Positions 27,061 to 37,416 are shown, counted from the first letter of the stretch. The stretch is 64,000 nt of DNA from an uncultured Bacilli bacterium (GCA_947632115.1 CANROB010000004.1:709-64708); one strand, 5' to 3'. Notes: generated from the sequence alone by a model not told the origin. A program made the numbers and translations.

Positions 27061-28229
27061 TTTATTCGTCTATGAAGGATATCCTTATAACCGTTTACTC
27101 CTGGCTGATTATAATAAGGAATATTTAATAAATATCCTCCTAGCATGGCACTCATTTCAAAGAAGAAAATGAGATAACCTAGATTTTCCATAGAAATTTC
27201 ATCCATAGAAATGATGGAACTTGGCAAATGCCCTTCATAGTGTGCTTGGGCAACACTTTCCATCGCTATTTCATTCACACGATCTAATGTCTTATGATAC
27301 TCCTCTAATGCAATCGTATTATCAGAATGCGCAAACAAAATGGTAGAGAATAGGATATCTTTTCCTTCTTGATAATATTGTCCAAGAGAATGTAAATCTC
27401 TAGTATTTATCGTGGAGGTAGGAAGGATTCCCTTATTCTCTTTACCTTGTGATTCTCCAAAGAGTTGCTTTAACCATTCCGCAAAAGAAGCTAATTTAGG
27501 CTCATAGATATCGAAAGACTCTATAAATTTCCCCTCTTGATAGAGTTCATGGCGAAGAAGAGTGTAATAATAACAGGCATTCAAATTTCGTTTGGCTTCT
27601 TCTGCTCCGTAGAAAAGTTCTTCAATATCTAGTCCATTTACAGCAATAGGAAGTAATCCAACAGGAGTCAAAACAGAAAATCTTCCGCCGATATCATCGG
27701 GTACAATAAACCGTGTATATCCCTTTTCCTTGGCAAGTTCTAATAAAGCACCTGTATGGGCATCTGTTGTTACAAAGATTCTATCTTTCGTAGCATCCCC
27801 ATACTTATTTTCCATAAATGTTAAAACTTTGTCAAAAGCAATGGCTGGCTCTAAAGTCGTACCACTTTTAGAAATAACATTTACCATTACTTCCTTATCT
27901 TCTAAGTAATCTAATAACTCTTTTAAGTAGTCACTAGAAAGTTGGTAACCTGCAAAAAGAACCTCTGGTCTCTTTTTGGAAAAGTAGGGAGCCATAGCAT
28001 CAATCACGGCTTTCGCTCCCATATAAGAACCACCAATTCCAATGACTAAAAAGACATCACAATTTTTTCGAATATAAGCAGCAGAATCTAAAATTTTATC
28101 AAAGTCAGTACGGTCAAGACGATACCAACCGCTCATTTGGTTATCTTTTAAAAATCTTTCCTTTAGGTCATTTAAATCATAGTTTTCTAATTTTTTATAC
28201 TGATATTTTTGAAAGTCAAAACGAATCAT
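27048..28229 (-). CDS. pgi: Glucose-6-phosphate isomerase (short Firmicute type)
   Basis: VIGIGGSYMGAKA, SKSGTTLEP, RFSVLTPVGLLP and GESQGK motifs. The start ATG overlaps the stop of the upstream giant gene (ATGA). Confidence 0.9.
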   Translation of the reverse strand: MIRFDFQKYQYKKLENYDLNDLKERFLKDNQMSGWYRLDRTDFDKILDSAAYIRKNCDVFLVIGIGGSYMGAKAVIDAMAPYFSKKRPEVLFAGYQLSSDYLKELLDYLEDKEVMVNVISKSGTTLEPAIAFDKVLTFMENKYGDATKDRIFVTTDAHTGALLELAKEKGYTRFIVPDDIGGRFSVLTPVGLLPIAVNGLDIEELFYGAEEAKRNLNACYYYTLLRHELYQEGKFIESFDIYEPKLASFAEWLKQLFGESQGKENKGILPTSTINTRDLHSLGQYYQEGKDILFSTILFAHSDNTIALEEYHKTLDRVNEIAMESVAQAHYEGHLPSSIISMDEISMENLGYLIFFFEMSAMLGGYLLNIPYYNQPGVNGYKDILHRRIKEDA

Positions 28230-31200
28230 TTTACACTCCTTTTTTGAATGTTTACATTAACATTATGAGTCTTTTTATCATTTACTAATTTAATTTCTTT
28301 TACTACTTTTCCATCTAGACGAATCTCATTATTATCTTTATGATTATTGACATTAATGATATAGGTTGTCTCTTCATAATGATACGTTAATTTATAATTT
28401 TCCCATTTTGATGGAATAGAAGGAAGAATATAAAGTTGCTTACCAATTTTATGAAACCCTAAAATATCCGTAATAGCAACATGATAAAACCAACCACTAG
28501 ATCCTGTATACCATGTCCAACCACCATGTCCAGCAAAATTTGGATTGCTATAAATATCAGCCGCAATAACATATGGCTCTACTTGATATGTCTCTACCGC
28601 TTTCTTTGTTAATGAATGATGAATTGGGTTAATCATTTGATAATAACGATACGCTAAATCATAGAAACCTAATTTTAAAAGTGCCATAATCCACCAAGAT
28701 ACAGAGTGCGTATATTGACCACCATTTTCACGAATACCAGCGGAATAATCCTTAATATATCCTGGATTATCTTGTGGATTAGAAAATGGCGGCGTAAGTA
28801 ACTTAATAAGTCCATGCTCCTCATCAACAAGATTTTCTTCAACTGCTTTTAAAATAGTACGAATTTGACTATCCGTTGCAATATCTGTTAAGATAGCCCA
28901 ACTTTGTGAAATTAAATCCACTTTACATTCTGTATTTTCACGGCTTCCTAATTTATCGCCATTATCGAAATAAGCTCTTAAGTAGTATTCTCCATCCCAA
29001 GCATTTTTCAAAAGTGACTCTTTTAATTTTTTATTAAACTCTTCATAAGTAGTCGTATCTTCTTTGGTATAAGTGTTTAAAATCTCTATATATCTTCGAA
29101 CCACCTCGTACATGAAGAATCCAAGCCATACACTCGTTCCTTTTCCACCAATACCGACACGGTTCATACCATCGTTCCAGTCTCCACCACCCATAAGAGG
29201 AAGACCATTCTCTCCTATTTCGGTAAGGAGTTTCTGCATAATCAAATTTAGATGTTCTTGAAGAGATTTCGTTTCTTCTGTATAAGTAAAACTCATTCCT
29301 CTTTCTTCTTCATCTGGGAATAACTGATCTCCTTGAACAAATGGAATTTGTTCTTTTAAGATACTATCATCATCTGTAACTCTTAAATATTCTAAAGTAG
29401 CATAGATGAGCCACAAATAATCATCTTTATAACGAGAACGCAATCCGAAATGGTTCTCAACATGCCACCAGTGAAGTACATCTCCTTCTGGGAATTGATG
29501 TTTCGCACAGATTAGGATTTGTTTTCGACAAATTTCTGGATCTACTAAACAAATATTCATAGAATCCTGTAGCTGATCTCTAAATCCAAAGGCTCCTCCA
29601 ACCTGATAGAAACCAGATTTTGCCATAATTCGAGAAGCAAGAGTTTGATATAAATACCAGTAATTTACCATGAAATCAAAAGAGGCATCACTTGTTTTTA
29701 CTTCAATCGTAGATAGTTTTTGACCCCACCAGTCAACTGTTTCTTGATATTTCTTCTCTACATAAGAAATATCTTCATATTTTTTAAGTACTGCTTGAAT
29801 ATCGTCAACGTTCTTTTCACATCCAAGAAGGAACGCAAAAGTAATGGAATCTTTCTTACCTATGGTCTCATGAGTATTTACCCGTTTAGAAATAACAGTA
29901 GATGTCTCTACGGACGTAATCTTATTCGTACTTCCGATATAAACAATATTGTTTTGGAAATTCATCGCATATTTGTTTTGGATAGTTAAGAAATTATTCA
30001 GTTCATAATAATTACAAACAAGATGTCTAACCGTTTTTTCTTCTGTCTCTCCTAAAACAGGATTGATCCAATAAGAAATATCGATATCCAAATCTTTTCC
30101 AGAAATATTTTTTAAAGTATAAAGACCTACTTTGACATTTTCCGTAGGAGGAACAAAATACGTTACCTCTAATTTAAATTCTTTATTTTTAAATTTAAAT
30201 TTACTGTAGCCAATACCGTGAATAGCGTCATGCCAAACAATTTGTTGATTGTTAATCATGATTCCTTCTGATTTATCATCAATAATGGTATCGTTTGTCC
30301 AAGAAGTGATCTTATATTCCCGGCTGTTATCAGCATACGTATATCCATTATCATTGTTGGTAATAATGGTACCAAAAGAGCCATTTGTTAGAACATTAGA
30401 CCATGGCATAGGGGTATTAGGATTCGTAATATGGTATTCTTTTCCATCTTTACTAAATCCCCCATATTCATTGAAGAAAAGTAGCTCTTCTTCTTCGTTT
30501 GTGTTCTCACTTTGTAACAATTCTTTTTCCGTATAATCACTCATTTGATTTTCTCTTTGAAGATTATCAATTTGCTCTTTCAAAGAATGGTTATAGTTAG
30601 AATTGAAAGAAAGTCTCGCGATTGCACGGAAGAGATTTAAATCTTCATCGCTCATTTTATTTCTTTCTAGTAAAACAACTCGACCTGGTGTATGGGAGAA
30701 ATTATTAATAGCATACATCCGATACACTTCATCATTTACCATCTTAGCAATAGTCTTTGCGGCTTTTTCATCATAACTATTGACAATGACTAAATCGACA
30801 AAAATACATTTACTCTTGTAGTATTCAAAAGCCTTTAATAATTCAAGAGCAATAGAAGAAGAATCTAAATCATTCATCTCTAATAAGATAATTGGTCGAT
30901 CCCCACTTATTCCAAAACTCCATAATGTGTTTTGTCCTAATCTGTTTTGAAGGAGCAAACGTTTACGCGTTTCATTTAAGTGAATACGACTTGTTTGATT
31001 GAGATAGTTTAACATCATATTATAGTGATGAACATCTGCGCCTGTTACTCCCAATTTCTTAGTAGCAGCATTTACCATCATAGTCGCTAATTCAAAAGCT
31101 TCTTCAATGGTATCCTCATTATGATAAGCATTTACAATAGATAATACCTGTTCTTCAGATTTACCAAAACCAGTAATCATATAAACCGTTACTTCTTTTA

Positions 31201-34200
31201 AAGAAGGAATTTCAATTCTATTTCGAATACAACTAATTAGATCAATATTTTCCCCCACATAATTTGTTAGTTTTTTATGAATACCACTTGGTTTATGGTA
31301 GTCTGTACCACGCTCTAAGAAATGACTTCTTTCTGTTTCATAACTATACTCTTCTAATGGATTTTCCACTAAAAGCTTATTCACCATATAAAATCTATCT
31401 TTCGTTCCTCTAATACGACGACTTAAAATAAGGGAAGAAGTATCTTCATGGAAAGAAGATTTCATAAACATGTTATTAAATACCCGATGTCCAATATCCG
31501 CATCTCTTTCTGAAAGAATTGGTTCTGTATAGGTTGTTAACTCTAATTTTTTCGTTTTTGGGGATACATTTTTAAAAGTAATTTTGCGGATTTCTGCATT
31601 ATGCCTTTTGGTAACAATAATCTCTGTATTCGTAACAATATCATTATCAACACGCATATAACGAATTCTATCTAGTGCAAAAACAACATTATAACGATCT
31701 GGTTTTACATTAGTTGGAACATAGGTGTTACTCCATACTTTGTTATTTTCTAGATCACGAATATATAAGAAATTTCCATATTCTTGCTCTGTTATTTTCC
31801 GATAACGATTTAATTGAATTGTTTTATAGCGACTGAATCCCGCACCGCGGTCATTGATTAAAATGCAGTACCGAGAATTCGAAAGAACGGAAACTTCTGG
31901 TCGCTGAGATAAATAGGCATATTCCCGAATATCATTTTCAAAGATTTCTTTATCGTAATCATATTTTTTGTATTTAACAATTTTTAAATCAATCATTGGT
32001 TCAATTTGAACTTTTTCTTTGTTTAAAACATCAAAAGATTGAACACGAATATCTTTATAGAAGTATTCCTTAAGGGAATCCTTGCAAAGAAGATTTGCTA
32101 AAGAGCAAAGAATCATTCCTTGATGATGGGCAAAATAAGAGAAAATTGGTGTCTTATCTTCATAATCGTAAGATTCAAAGAATCCATACTTGCCATACAT
32201 CTTTAATTTTTTAAATTTTTGTAAGTTATTATAAACATCTTTTGGGAATCTAGTAATCGCAAGAATAGATCCATAAGGAGAAAGTACAATACGTTCTTCG
32301 GAATTATCTCTAAATTTTAAGTATGGTGTTCCAAAAGCCTTATATTTATAATTTTCAGAATCATCTAATAAATTATAAGCTGCTTCACTAATTCCCCATG
32401 GCATAGCGCTATCAATAGATTTCATGTATTCTTTTTGGCAAAAGTAAGCAAAATAATAACTTTCATCCATTAACGTATTTGGATAAGCTTTCATCCAAAT
32501 CAGTGGCATAAAGTATTCAAAAGAAGTTCCGGACCAAGACAGTAATCCTTTTCTACCCATAAAAGTAGTAAGGGTTTTATCAAGTAAGAACCAGTGGTTC
32601 TTCTTGATATCTCCTTTGGCAATGGCAATGAAACTAGTAAGTCTTGCTTCACTAGCAAATTTATTGTAATTAAAAGGAATTAATTGTTCATTATAAGCAT
32701 CATAACCACAACTAAATACCATTTCATCTTTGTTATATAGATATTTAAAGTTTGTCTGACGAATTAAATTTTCAATACGATTTTTTAAGTTCTCAGAGCC
32801 ATTTTCTTTGATAAAAGATTTTACTACCATCAAAGAAGCGACAAAGTTTCCACTATCTACTGTCGAAATAGTAGGTGGATACATCCTACTTAAGGTCTTA
32901 ACATTGTACCAGTTATAAAGATGTCCATGCCATTTTTCTAACCGTTCTACCGTTTCAATAACCTTTTCAATTTTAAAGGTTGCTTCCTCTTTTGTGATAA
33001 ATCCTAATTCAGAAGCACTGATAAGTGCCATAAGAGAAAAACCAATATTGGTAGGAGAAGTCTTCACGTCCTCTTTTACTTCACGGTTTAACTGATAATT
33101 ATCAACAATTAAATAATTATTTTCTTCTAATAGTAAATCGTCATAAAACTTCCAAGTATCATACGCAAGTTTCCGTAAATCTTCGGTCTCTTTTTTCAAC
33201 AATTTTTTCCCGCCACGTCGAATATCCTTACTAATTAAGTAAAAGACTGGGCTTCCAATAAAGAAGATTAGCGCAATACCAAATGTTAAAGACAAATATT
33301 CTTTTCTAAAAAGAAAGACAAGTAGTAAAAAGAAGAAAGATACAAAATAATTGACTTTAAAATTTACTAGATAAGAGAAGAACGTATTTTTAGTCGTTTT
33401 ACTAGCATCATCTGCCGTAATCCAAGCAAGTAAATGTTTATGGCTGACATGCATTCTCCACCAAGCTCTAATAAAGGCATCCATATATAATTTAGCATTA
33501 TAAGGAAGGGCACTAAAAGTGGAAAACGTCCGAATAAAGACTGCTTTAAATCCATAAGCGATATTTTCATAATGTTTTATCTTTAAGGTTCTCTCTTTTT
33601 GAATTCTTATTTTATCCCGAATATAAAAGAAAATAGGAAGAATAAGAACACCTGTTACAAAAAGAATCCACCAAGCAGGATTAGATACCCCTACTAAAAG
33701 AGAAAGGATGAGGATGAAAAGTAAAGTTACTTCCAAAAAACCTCTTCTTAAATTATCAAAGATTTTCCACCGTTCAATGACATTTAAAGGGGATTTTTTA
33801 GGGTTGAGCCAAGAAGCAATCTGCATATCTCCTCTAGCCCAACGATGTCTTCTTGTAGCATCTGCTAGGAAAGTAGATGGGAAATCATCAATGACCTCAA
33901 CATCAGATACAAAGCCACAACGAATATAATTTCCCTCTAATAAATCGTGACTTAAAATACGATTATTTGGAAATAATCCCGTTAAGACTTCATCAAATGT
34001 TTCTAGATCATAAATTCCTTTTCCCCAGAAACTACCTTCTTTAAAGACATCCTGGTAGAAATTAGCAACTACTTTATTATAAATATCATAACCACCAATA
34101 CCAGCATAGATTTGGGTATATAAAGATTGGTTAGTAGATTCTACATCTACACTTACCTTTGGTTGCATAATCGCATATCCATCAATAACTTTCGTGTGTT

Positions 34201-35911
34201 CTTTATTAAGAACTGGTTGATTAAGAGGATGTGCCATTGTTCCTGCTAATTGAGATGCAGCTCCTAGGATCAATTGTGTATCTTGATCTAGGGTAATAAC
34301 ATATTTAATCTTTTTATCAAATTCATCGAAAGTATCTGTCATGTAATACTGATTTTTCTCAGCATCGCTAAATTTTCCAAGAAGAAGACGATTAAATTGC
34401 TCTAAAGCACCTCTTTTACGCTCAAATCCAAGCCATTCCTCTTCTGATTCATTATAAACTCTTTTTCGATAAATGAAATAAAAGATATCTTTTCCATATT
34501 TTTGATTTAATTTTTTTGCTCTTTCACGTCCTGCCTCTACAATTTCATCATCAAAAGGTTCAATTTGCCGAGAACTAGAAGAAGCATCTCCCAAAAGGGT
34601 GAAATAAAGATTATCTGATTTATTTGCTAAATAGTAAGATTCTAGGGTGTCAAACATCCTTTCTACTTTATCAACACTCTTTAGAATCGTGACAATTACA
34701 GTCATCGTAGCAGCATTCTTTGGAATTCCATCAGTAAAATCTAGTTTAGGAATTGGTTTTGGGGGATAAAATTTAAGATACGTTCTCGTTCCAATTTCTA
34801 ATACCACTTCACTAACAGGAATAAGAAGGATAATCGTTCCTAAAATTCTAGATGGAATAAAATATTTAGAAAGTAAAAAAGAAATAATAAAGGTTAAAAT
34901 AGACATCAAACTGGTGAAGACAATTGCCCGTAATTTTAAGTTTTCTTTTTTTCTTAAATACTCTCCTACATGCTTATTTTCCTTAGTAGCACGAGCAATA
35001 ATTCCTTTCATGTATTCATATTCTGTTTGATGAGCTTTTTTAGCATTGATAAGGACTCTTTCCCGGTATAATTCTTTTGTCTCCGTTGTCATTTGTCCAT
35101 AACAAGAATCCATTAATAAAATATATTCTGTCTTACTAACTTTACGATAGAGTTTTTCAATTTCAATTTTATTCAATTTTACGATACTATTAAAGATATT
35201 CGCAACTAACATGTTTTCTTCCGCAACACCTTGATAAACACCTTCAATAATCGTATTTAAACTAATATTCTTAGCATCTAGTATTTCATTTAATTGTTTA
35301 AAGACTTCATTAGAACGTTGTCCTAATTCTTTTAAACCAGCATTTAATCTTTCCAAATAAACTGGTCTTTGAACAATATCTTCCGTAATCGTAATATAGT
35401 CATGAAGATCGACCTCATGATATTTATGAATATCCTGTTCAATCGTTTCAATAATATTTTTTACTTCAAAAGATTCCTTTAATCTTTTTTCTTCACGACC
35501 ACATAATTTTACTAACTCATCTAAAAGAACTAAATAACAAACTACACCAATAGAATTCATTTCATAATAAGAAAAATAATAAGAGAAATTGTCCTGATAA
35601 AGATTTAACTCTTGAATTAACGTATTCACATCAATCTTAAATTTATTTCTCTTCAAAATCTTTTCCATAATAGTATAAAGATTTTGATCTTTTTTAAAAG
35701 CATATTTATAAGCTTTTCGATTCTTTAAAAAGGCTTTGGTAGTTTTTTCACGTTCCACTAATAGATAATAATTATCTACAATCCATTCATTTACTGTGCC
35801 AATGTAATAATGCTCATTTGTAAGTCCTGTTAAATAGGTATAGTATGAAGAGATGATATCCTTATTTTTATAAAAGTCTTTACGATATTTCCGCAAATTG
35901 ATTCCTCCCAT
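28226..35911 (-). CDS. cgs: Cyclic beta-1,2-glucan synthase-like giant protein (N-terminal TM + GT84-like glycosyltransferase, central glucoamylase-like domain, C-terminal GH94-like phosphorylase)
   Basis: 2561 aa. GT region: ITLDQDTQL...RRHRWARGDMQI. Central region: SPTNIGFSLMALISASELGF...WHGHLYNWYN...VDSGNF. C-terminal region: FGFRDQLQDS...GGGDWNDGMNRVG...ENGGQYTH, typical of the GH94/cellobiose-phosphorylase fold. Several TM segments flank the GT domain. This architecture equals ChvB/NdvB/Cgs. Confidence 0.85.
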   Translation of the reverse strand: MGGINLRKYRKDFYKNKDIISSYYTYLTGLTNEHYYIGTVNEWIVDNYYLLVEREKTTKAFLKNRKAYKYAFKKDQNLYTIMEKILKRNKFKIDVNTLIQELNLYQDNFSYYFSYYEMNSIGVVCYLVLLDELVKLCGREEKRLKESFEVKNIIETIEQDIHKYHEVDLHDYITITEDIVQRPVYLERLNAGLKELGQRSNEVFKQLNEILDAKNISLNTIIEGVYQGVAEENMLVANIFNSIVKLNKIEIEKLYRKVSKTEYILLMDSCYGQMTTETKELYRERVLINAKKAHQTEYEYMKGIIARATKENKHVGEYLRKKENLKLRAIVFTSLMSILTFIISFLLSKYFIPSRILGTIILLIPVSEVVLEIGTRTYLKFYPPKPIPKLDFTDGIPKNAATMTVIVTILKSVDKVERMFDTLESYYLANKSDNLYFTLLGDASSSSRQIEPFDDEIVEAGRERAKKLNQKYGKDIFYFIYRKRVYNESEEEWLGFERKRGALEQFNRLLLGKFSDAEKNQYYMTDTFDEFDKKIKYVITLDQDTQLILGAASQLAGTMAHPLNQPVLNKEHTKVIDGYAIMQPKVSVDVESTNQSLYTQIYAGIGGYDIYNKVVANFYQDVFKEGSFWGKGIYDLETFDEVLTGLFPNNRILSHDLLEGNYIRCGFVSDVEVIDDFPSTFLADATRRHRWARGDMQIASWLNPKKSPLNVIERWKIFDNLRRGFLEVTLLFILILSLLVGVSNPAWWILFVTGVLILPIFFYIRDKIRIQKERTLKIKHYENIAYGFKAVFIRTFSTFSALPYNAKLYMDAFIRAWWRMHVSHKHLLAWITADDASKTTKNTFFSYLVNFKVNYFVSFFFLLLVFLFRKEYLSLTFGIALIFFIGSPVFYLISKDIRRGGKKLLKKETEDLRKLAYDTWKFYDDLLLEENNYLIVDNYQLNREVKEDVKTSPTNIGFSLMALISASELGFITKEEATFKIEKVIETVERLEKWHGHLYNWYNVKTLSRMYPPTISTVDSGNFVASLMVVKSFIKENGSENLKNRIENLIRQTNFKYLYNKDEMVFSCGYDAYNEQLIPFNYNKFASEARLTSFIAIAKGDIKKNHWFLLDKTLTTFMGRKGLLSWSGTSFEYFMPLIWMKAYPNTLMDESYYFAYFCQKEYMKSIDSAMPWGISEAAYNLLDDSENYKYKAFGTPYLKFRDNSEERIVLSPYGSILAITRFPKDVYNNLQKFKKLKMYGKYGFFESYDYEDKTPIFSYFAHHQGMILCSLANLLCKDSLKEYFYKDIRVQSFDVLNKEKVQIEPMIDLKIVKYKKYDYDKEIFENDIREYAYLSQRPEVSVLSNSRYCILINDRGAGFSRYKTIQLNRYRKITEQEYGNFLYIRDLENNKVWSNTYVPTNVKPDRYNVVFALDRIRYMRVDNDIVTNTEIIVTKRHNAEIRKITFKNVSPKTKKLELTTYTEPILSERDADIGHRVFNNMFMKSSFHEDTSSLILSRRIRGTKDRFYMVNKLLVENPLEEYSYETERSHFLERGTDYHKPSGIHKKLTNYVGENIDLISCIRNRIEIPSLKEVTVYMITGFGKSEEQVLSIVNAYHNEDTIEEAFELATMMVNAATKKLGVTGADVHHYNMMLNYLNQTSRIHLNETRKRLLLQNRLGQNTLWSFGISGDRPIILLEMNDLDSSSIALELLKAFEYYKSKCIFVDLVIVNSYDEKAAKTIAKMVNDEVYRMYAINNFSHTPGRVVLLERNKMSDEDLNLFRAIARLSFNSNYNHSLKEQIDNLQRENQMSDYTEKELLQSENTNEEEELLFFNEYGGFSKDGKEYHITNPNTPMPWSNVLTNGSFGTIITNNDNGYTYADNSREYKITSWTNDTIIDDKSEGIMINNQQIVWHDAIHGIGYSKFKFKNKEFKLEVTYFVPPTENVKVGLYTLKNISGKDLDIDISYWINPVLGETEEKTVRHLVCNYYELNNFLTIQNKYAMNFQNNIVYIGSTNKITSVETSTVISKRVNTHETIGKKDSITFAFLLGCEKNVDDIQAVLKKYEDISYVEKKYQETVDWWGQKLSTIEVKTSDASFDFMVNYWYLYQTLASRIMAKSGFYQVGGAFGFRDQLQDSMNICLVDPEICRKQILICAKHQFPEGDVLHWWHVENHFGLRSRYKDDYLWLIYATLEYLRVTDDDSILKEQIPFVQGDQLFPDEEERGMSFTYTEETKSLQEHLNLIMQKLLTEIGENGLPLMGGGDWNDGMNRVGIGGKGTSVWLGFFMYEVVRRYIEILNTYTKEDTTTYEEFNKKLKESLLKNAWDGEYYLRAYFDNGDKLGSRENTECKVDLISQSWAILTDIATDSQIRTILKAVEENLVDEEHGLIKLLTPPFSNPQDNPGYIKDYSAGIRENGGQYTHSVSWWIMALLKLGFYDLAYRYYQMINPIHHSLTKKAVETYQVEPYVIAADIYSNPNFAGHGGWTWYTGSSGWFYHVAITDILGFHKIGKQLYILPSIPSKWENYKLTYHYEETTYIINVNNHKDNNEIRLDGKVVKEIKLVNDKKTHNVNVNIQKRSVK

Positions 35912-35935
35912 CTTTATAACCCCATTATCAACACT

Positions 35936-35944
35936 ATTATATCA
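35936..35944 (-). promoter_or_regulatory. Extended -10 promoter box (TGATATAAT) of the cgs-pgi operon
   Basis: Minus strand TTTTTTTTGATATAAT, 24 nt upstream of the cgs ATG. Confidence 0.5.
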
Positions 35945-35984
35945 AAAAAAATAGGAAAAAAGAAGCCCACTGCTTTTTCATTCC

Positions 35985-37109
35985 CTATGTTCTTTTTTTC
36001 CATACATAAGAGATTTCATCATCTCTATCAACAGCGATAAAATCCTCAAATAAAGATTCATGATTAGAAACCACATCATCTACCGATAATTGTAAAGACT
36101 GAAGAATATATTTTCTCTCTTCATCCGTACTAACAGTCGGTAGAAGATTAATCGCTTCATATAACCGGTAGTCTAAAAGAACTTTTTCTACTTGAGAGAT
36201 TTTCTTTCTAAGAAATTGCCGATCTAATTCATCTAAATTCTCTGTTTCTTCAGCACTTTTTCCTTTCTCACGATAAAGTTGATAGAGTTTTAATCGTATA
36301 TCTCTCGTTTTGTAGGTCTCTTTACTTAGAAAAATACAAGCAATAATACTTTCTATTTCACTTTCTCCCCTGTTCATTTTCTCTTTGACATAACGATCAT
36401 CTAACTTCTCTTTAATTAAAAAATGATATAAAAGAATGTCTCCAATCGCAAAAGAATAAGCAAAATTCATTCTCTGACCTTCTCTTTGGTACTTTGAAAT
36501 AGCTTCCTCAACAGGCAAAGAATACTTTTTTATTAAATAATAAATAACATTATAGTTCAATTGATTTTGAATACAATATTTCGCTAAAGAAATTCCATTA
36601 ACTTTTAAGATATCTTTCTTTTGGTACTGATTAATGATTTTTTGAATTTCCTCTTCTTGATAAATATGCTTAGGATTTAACACTTTTTGAAAATAATGTC
36701 TAGGAATTCCTGTTAATAAGGAAATCCGATAAAGAGATACTTCACGACCCATAAAAGGATACTTACAGGCAATATTTTCTTGAATTTCTAAAACCGCTTC
36801 TTCAAGAGGTATCCCTTTTTTAAGCCTGCGATAAAGTGGTTCTTTAGAAATACCATTTTCTAAAGCAATTTGGCTAATTGTGAGTTCTCTTCCCCGCCAA
36901 AGATATTTTTTTGCTTCTTGATTATTGGTCTTTTCTCGGTTCTTAAAAACAACGGCTGATTTTCTTTTTCCCTCTTCTATCGCATCATAAAGGGTAAACC
37001 CTTGATTTAAATATTTATAAAGGGTAGAAGGCGCAAGATGCACCATACCAGCAATCGTTTTAACAGATAATAACTTTCCTTCATATTCTTGTAATTTTCC
37101 TTGATACAT
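35985..37109 (-). CDS. Hypothetical protein with four tandem HTH-like repeats
   Basis: Repeats: LSVKTIAGMVHLAPSTLYKYLNQGFTLYDAIEEG; LTISQIALENGISKEPLYRRLKKGIPLEEAVLE; VSLYRISLLTGIPRHYFQKVL; ISLAKYCIQNQLNYNVIYYLIKKYSLPVEEAISKY. AGGAG SD, 7 nt after the upstream 78-aa gene. Confidence 0.5.
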   Translation of the reverse strand: MYQGKLQEYEGKLLSVKTIAGMVHLAPSTLYKYLNQGFTLYDAIEEGKRKSAVVFKNREKTNNQEAKKYLWRGRELTISQIALENGISKEPLYRRLKKGIPLEEAVLEIQENIACKYPFMGREVSLYRISLLTGIPRHYFQKVLNPKHIYQEEEIQKIINQYQKKDILKVNGISLAKYCIQNQLNYNVIYYLIKKYSLPVEEAISKYQREGQRMNFAYSFAIGDILLYHFLIKEKLDDRYVKEKMNRGESEIESIIACIFLSKETYKTRDIRLKLYQLYREKGKSAEETENLDELDRQFLRKKISQVEKVLLDYRLYEAINLLPTVSTDEERKYILQSLQLSVDDVVSNHESLFEDFIAVDRDDEISYVWKKRT

Positions 37110-37116
37110 AAATCTC

Positions 37117-37353
37117 CTACTTATTTGTATTTTGATAATAATTTCTTTCTGCTAATTGTATAGATAAATTTTCTAATTCCTCTATTTCTTCTTCTTCGAG
37201 TACTTGATCAATTTGATAAAGCAATTCTGTCATTTGAAAACATTTTTCATAATCAATATTATAACGATTTAAAATATCTACCTCTAAATCACTCAACCAA
37301 AGGCCATGTTTTCTTGGTTTTAAAAATCTTTTTTCAAAATCCATTTCATCCAT
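37117..37353 (-). CDS. Hypothetical small acidic protein (78 aa)
   Basis: GAGGGA SD. First gene of a two-gene operon with the tandem-HTH protein. Confidence 0.5.
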   Translation of the reverse strand: MDEMDFEKRFLKPRKHGLWLSDLEVDILNRYNIDYEKCFQMTELLYQIDQVLEEEEIEELENLSIQLAERNYYQNTNK

Positions 37354-37416
37354 AATATCCCTCTTTTTTTATTATATCACATTATGATTTCCTAAAGTTT
37401 AATTCACGATAACTTC

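Noticed and set aside
28226-35911. Short ORFs inside and antisense to cgs (29073-29261, 29720-29989, 30249-30536, 33367-33570, 33708-33929)
   Set aside because: They lie entirely within a 7.7-kb ORF that has continuous recognisable domain homology. They have low-complexity composition and no SD, so they are shadow ORFs typical of AT-rich DNA.
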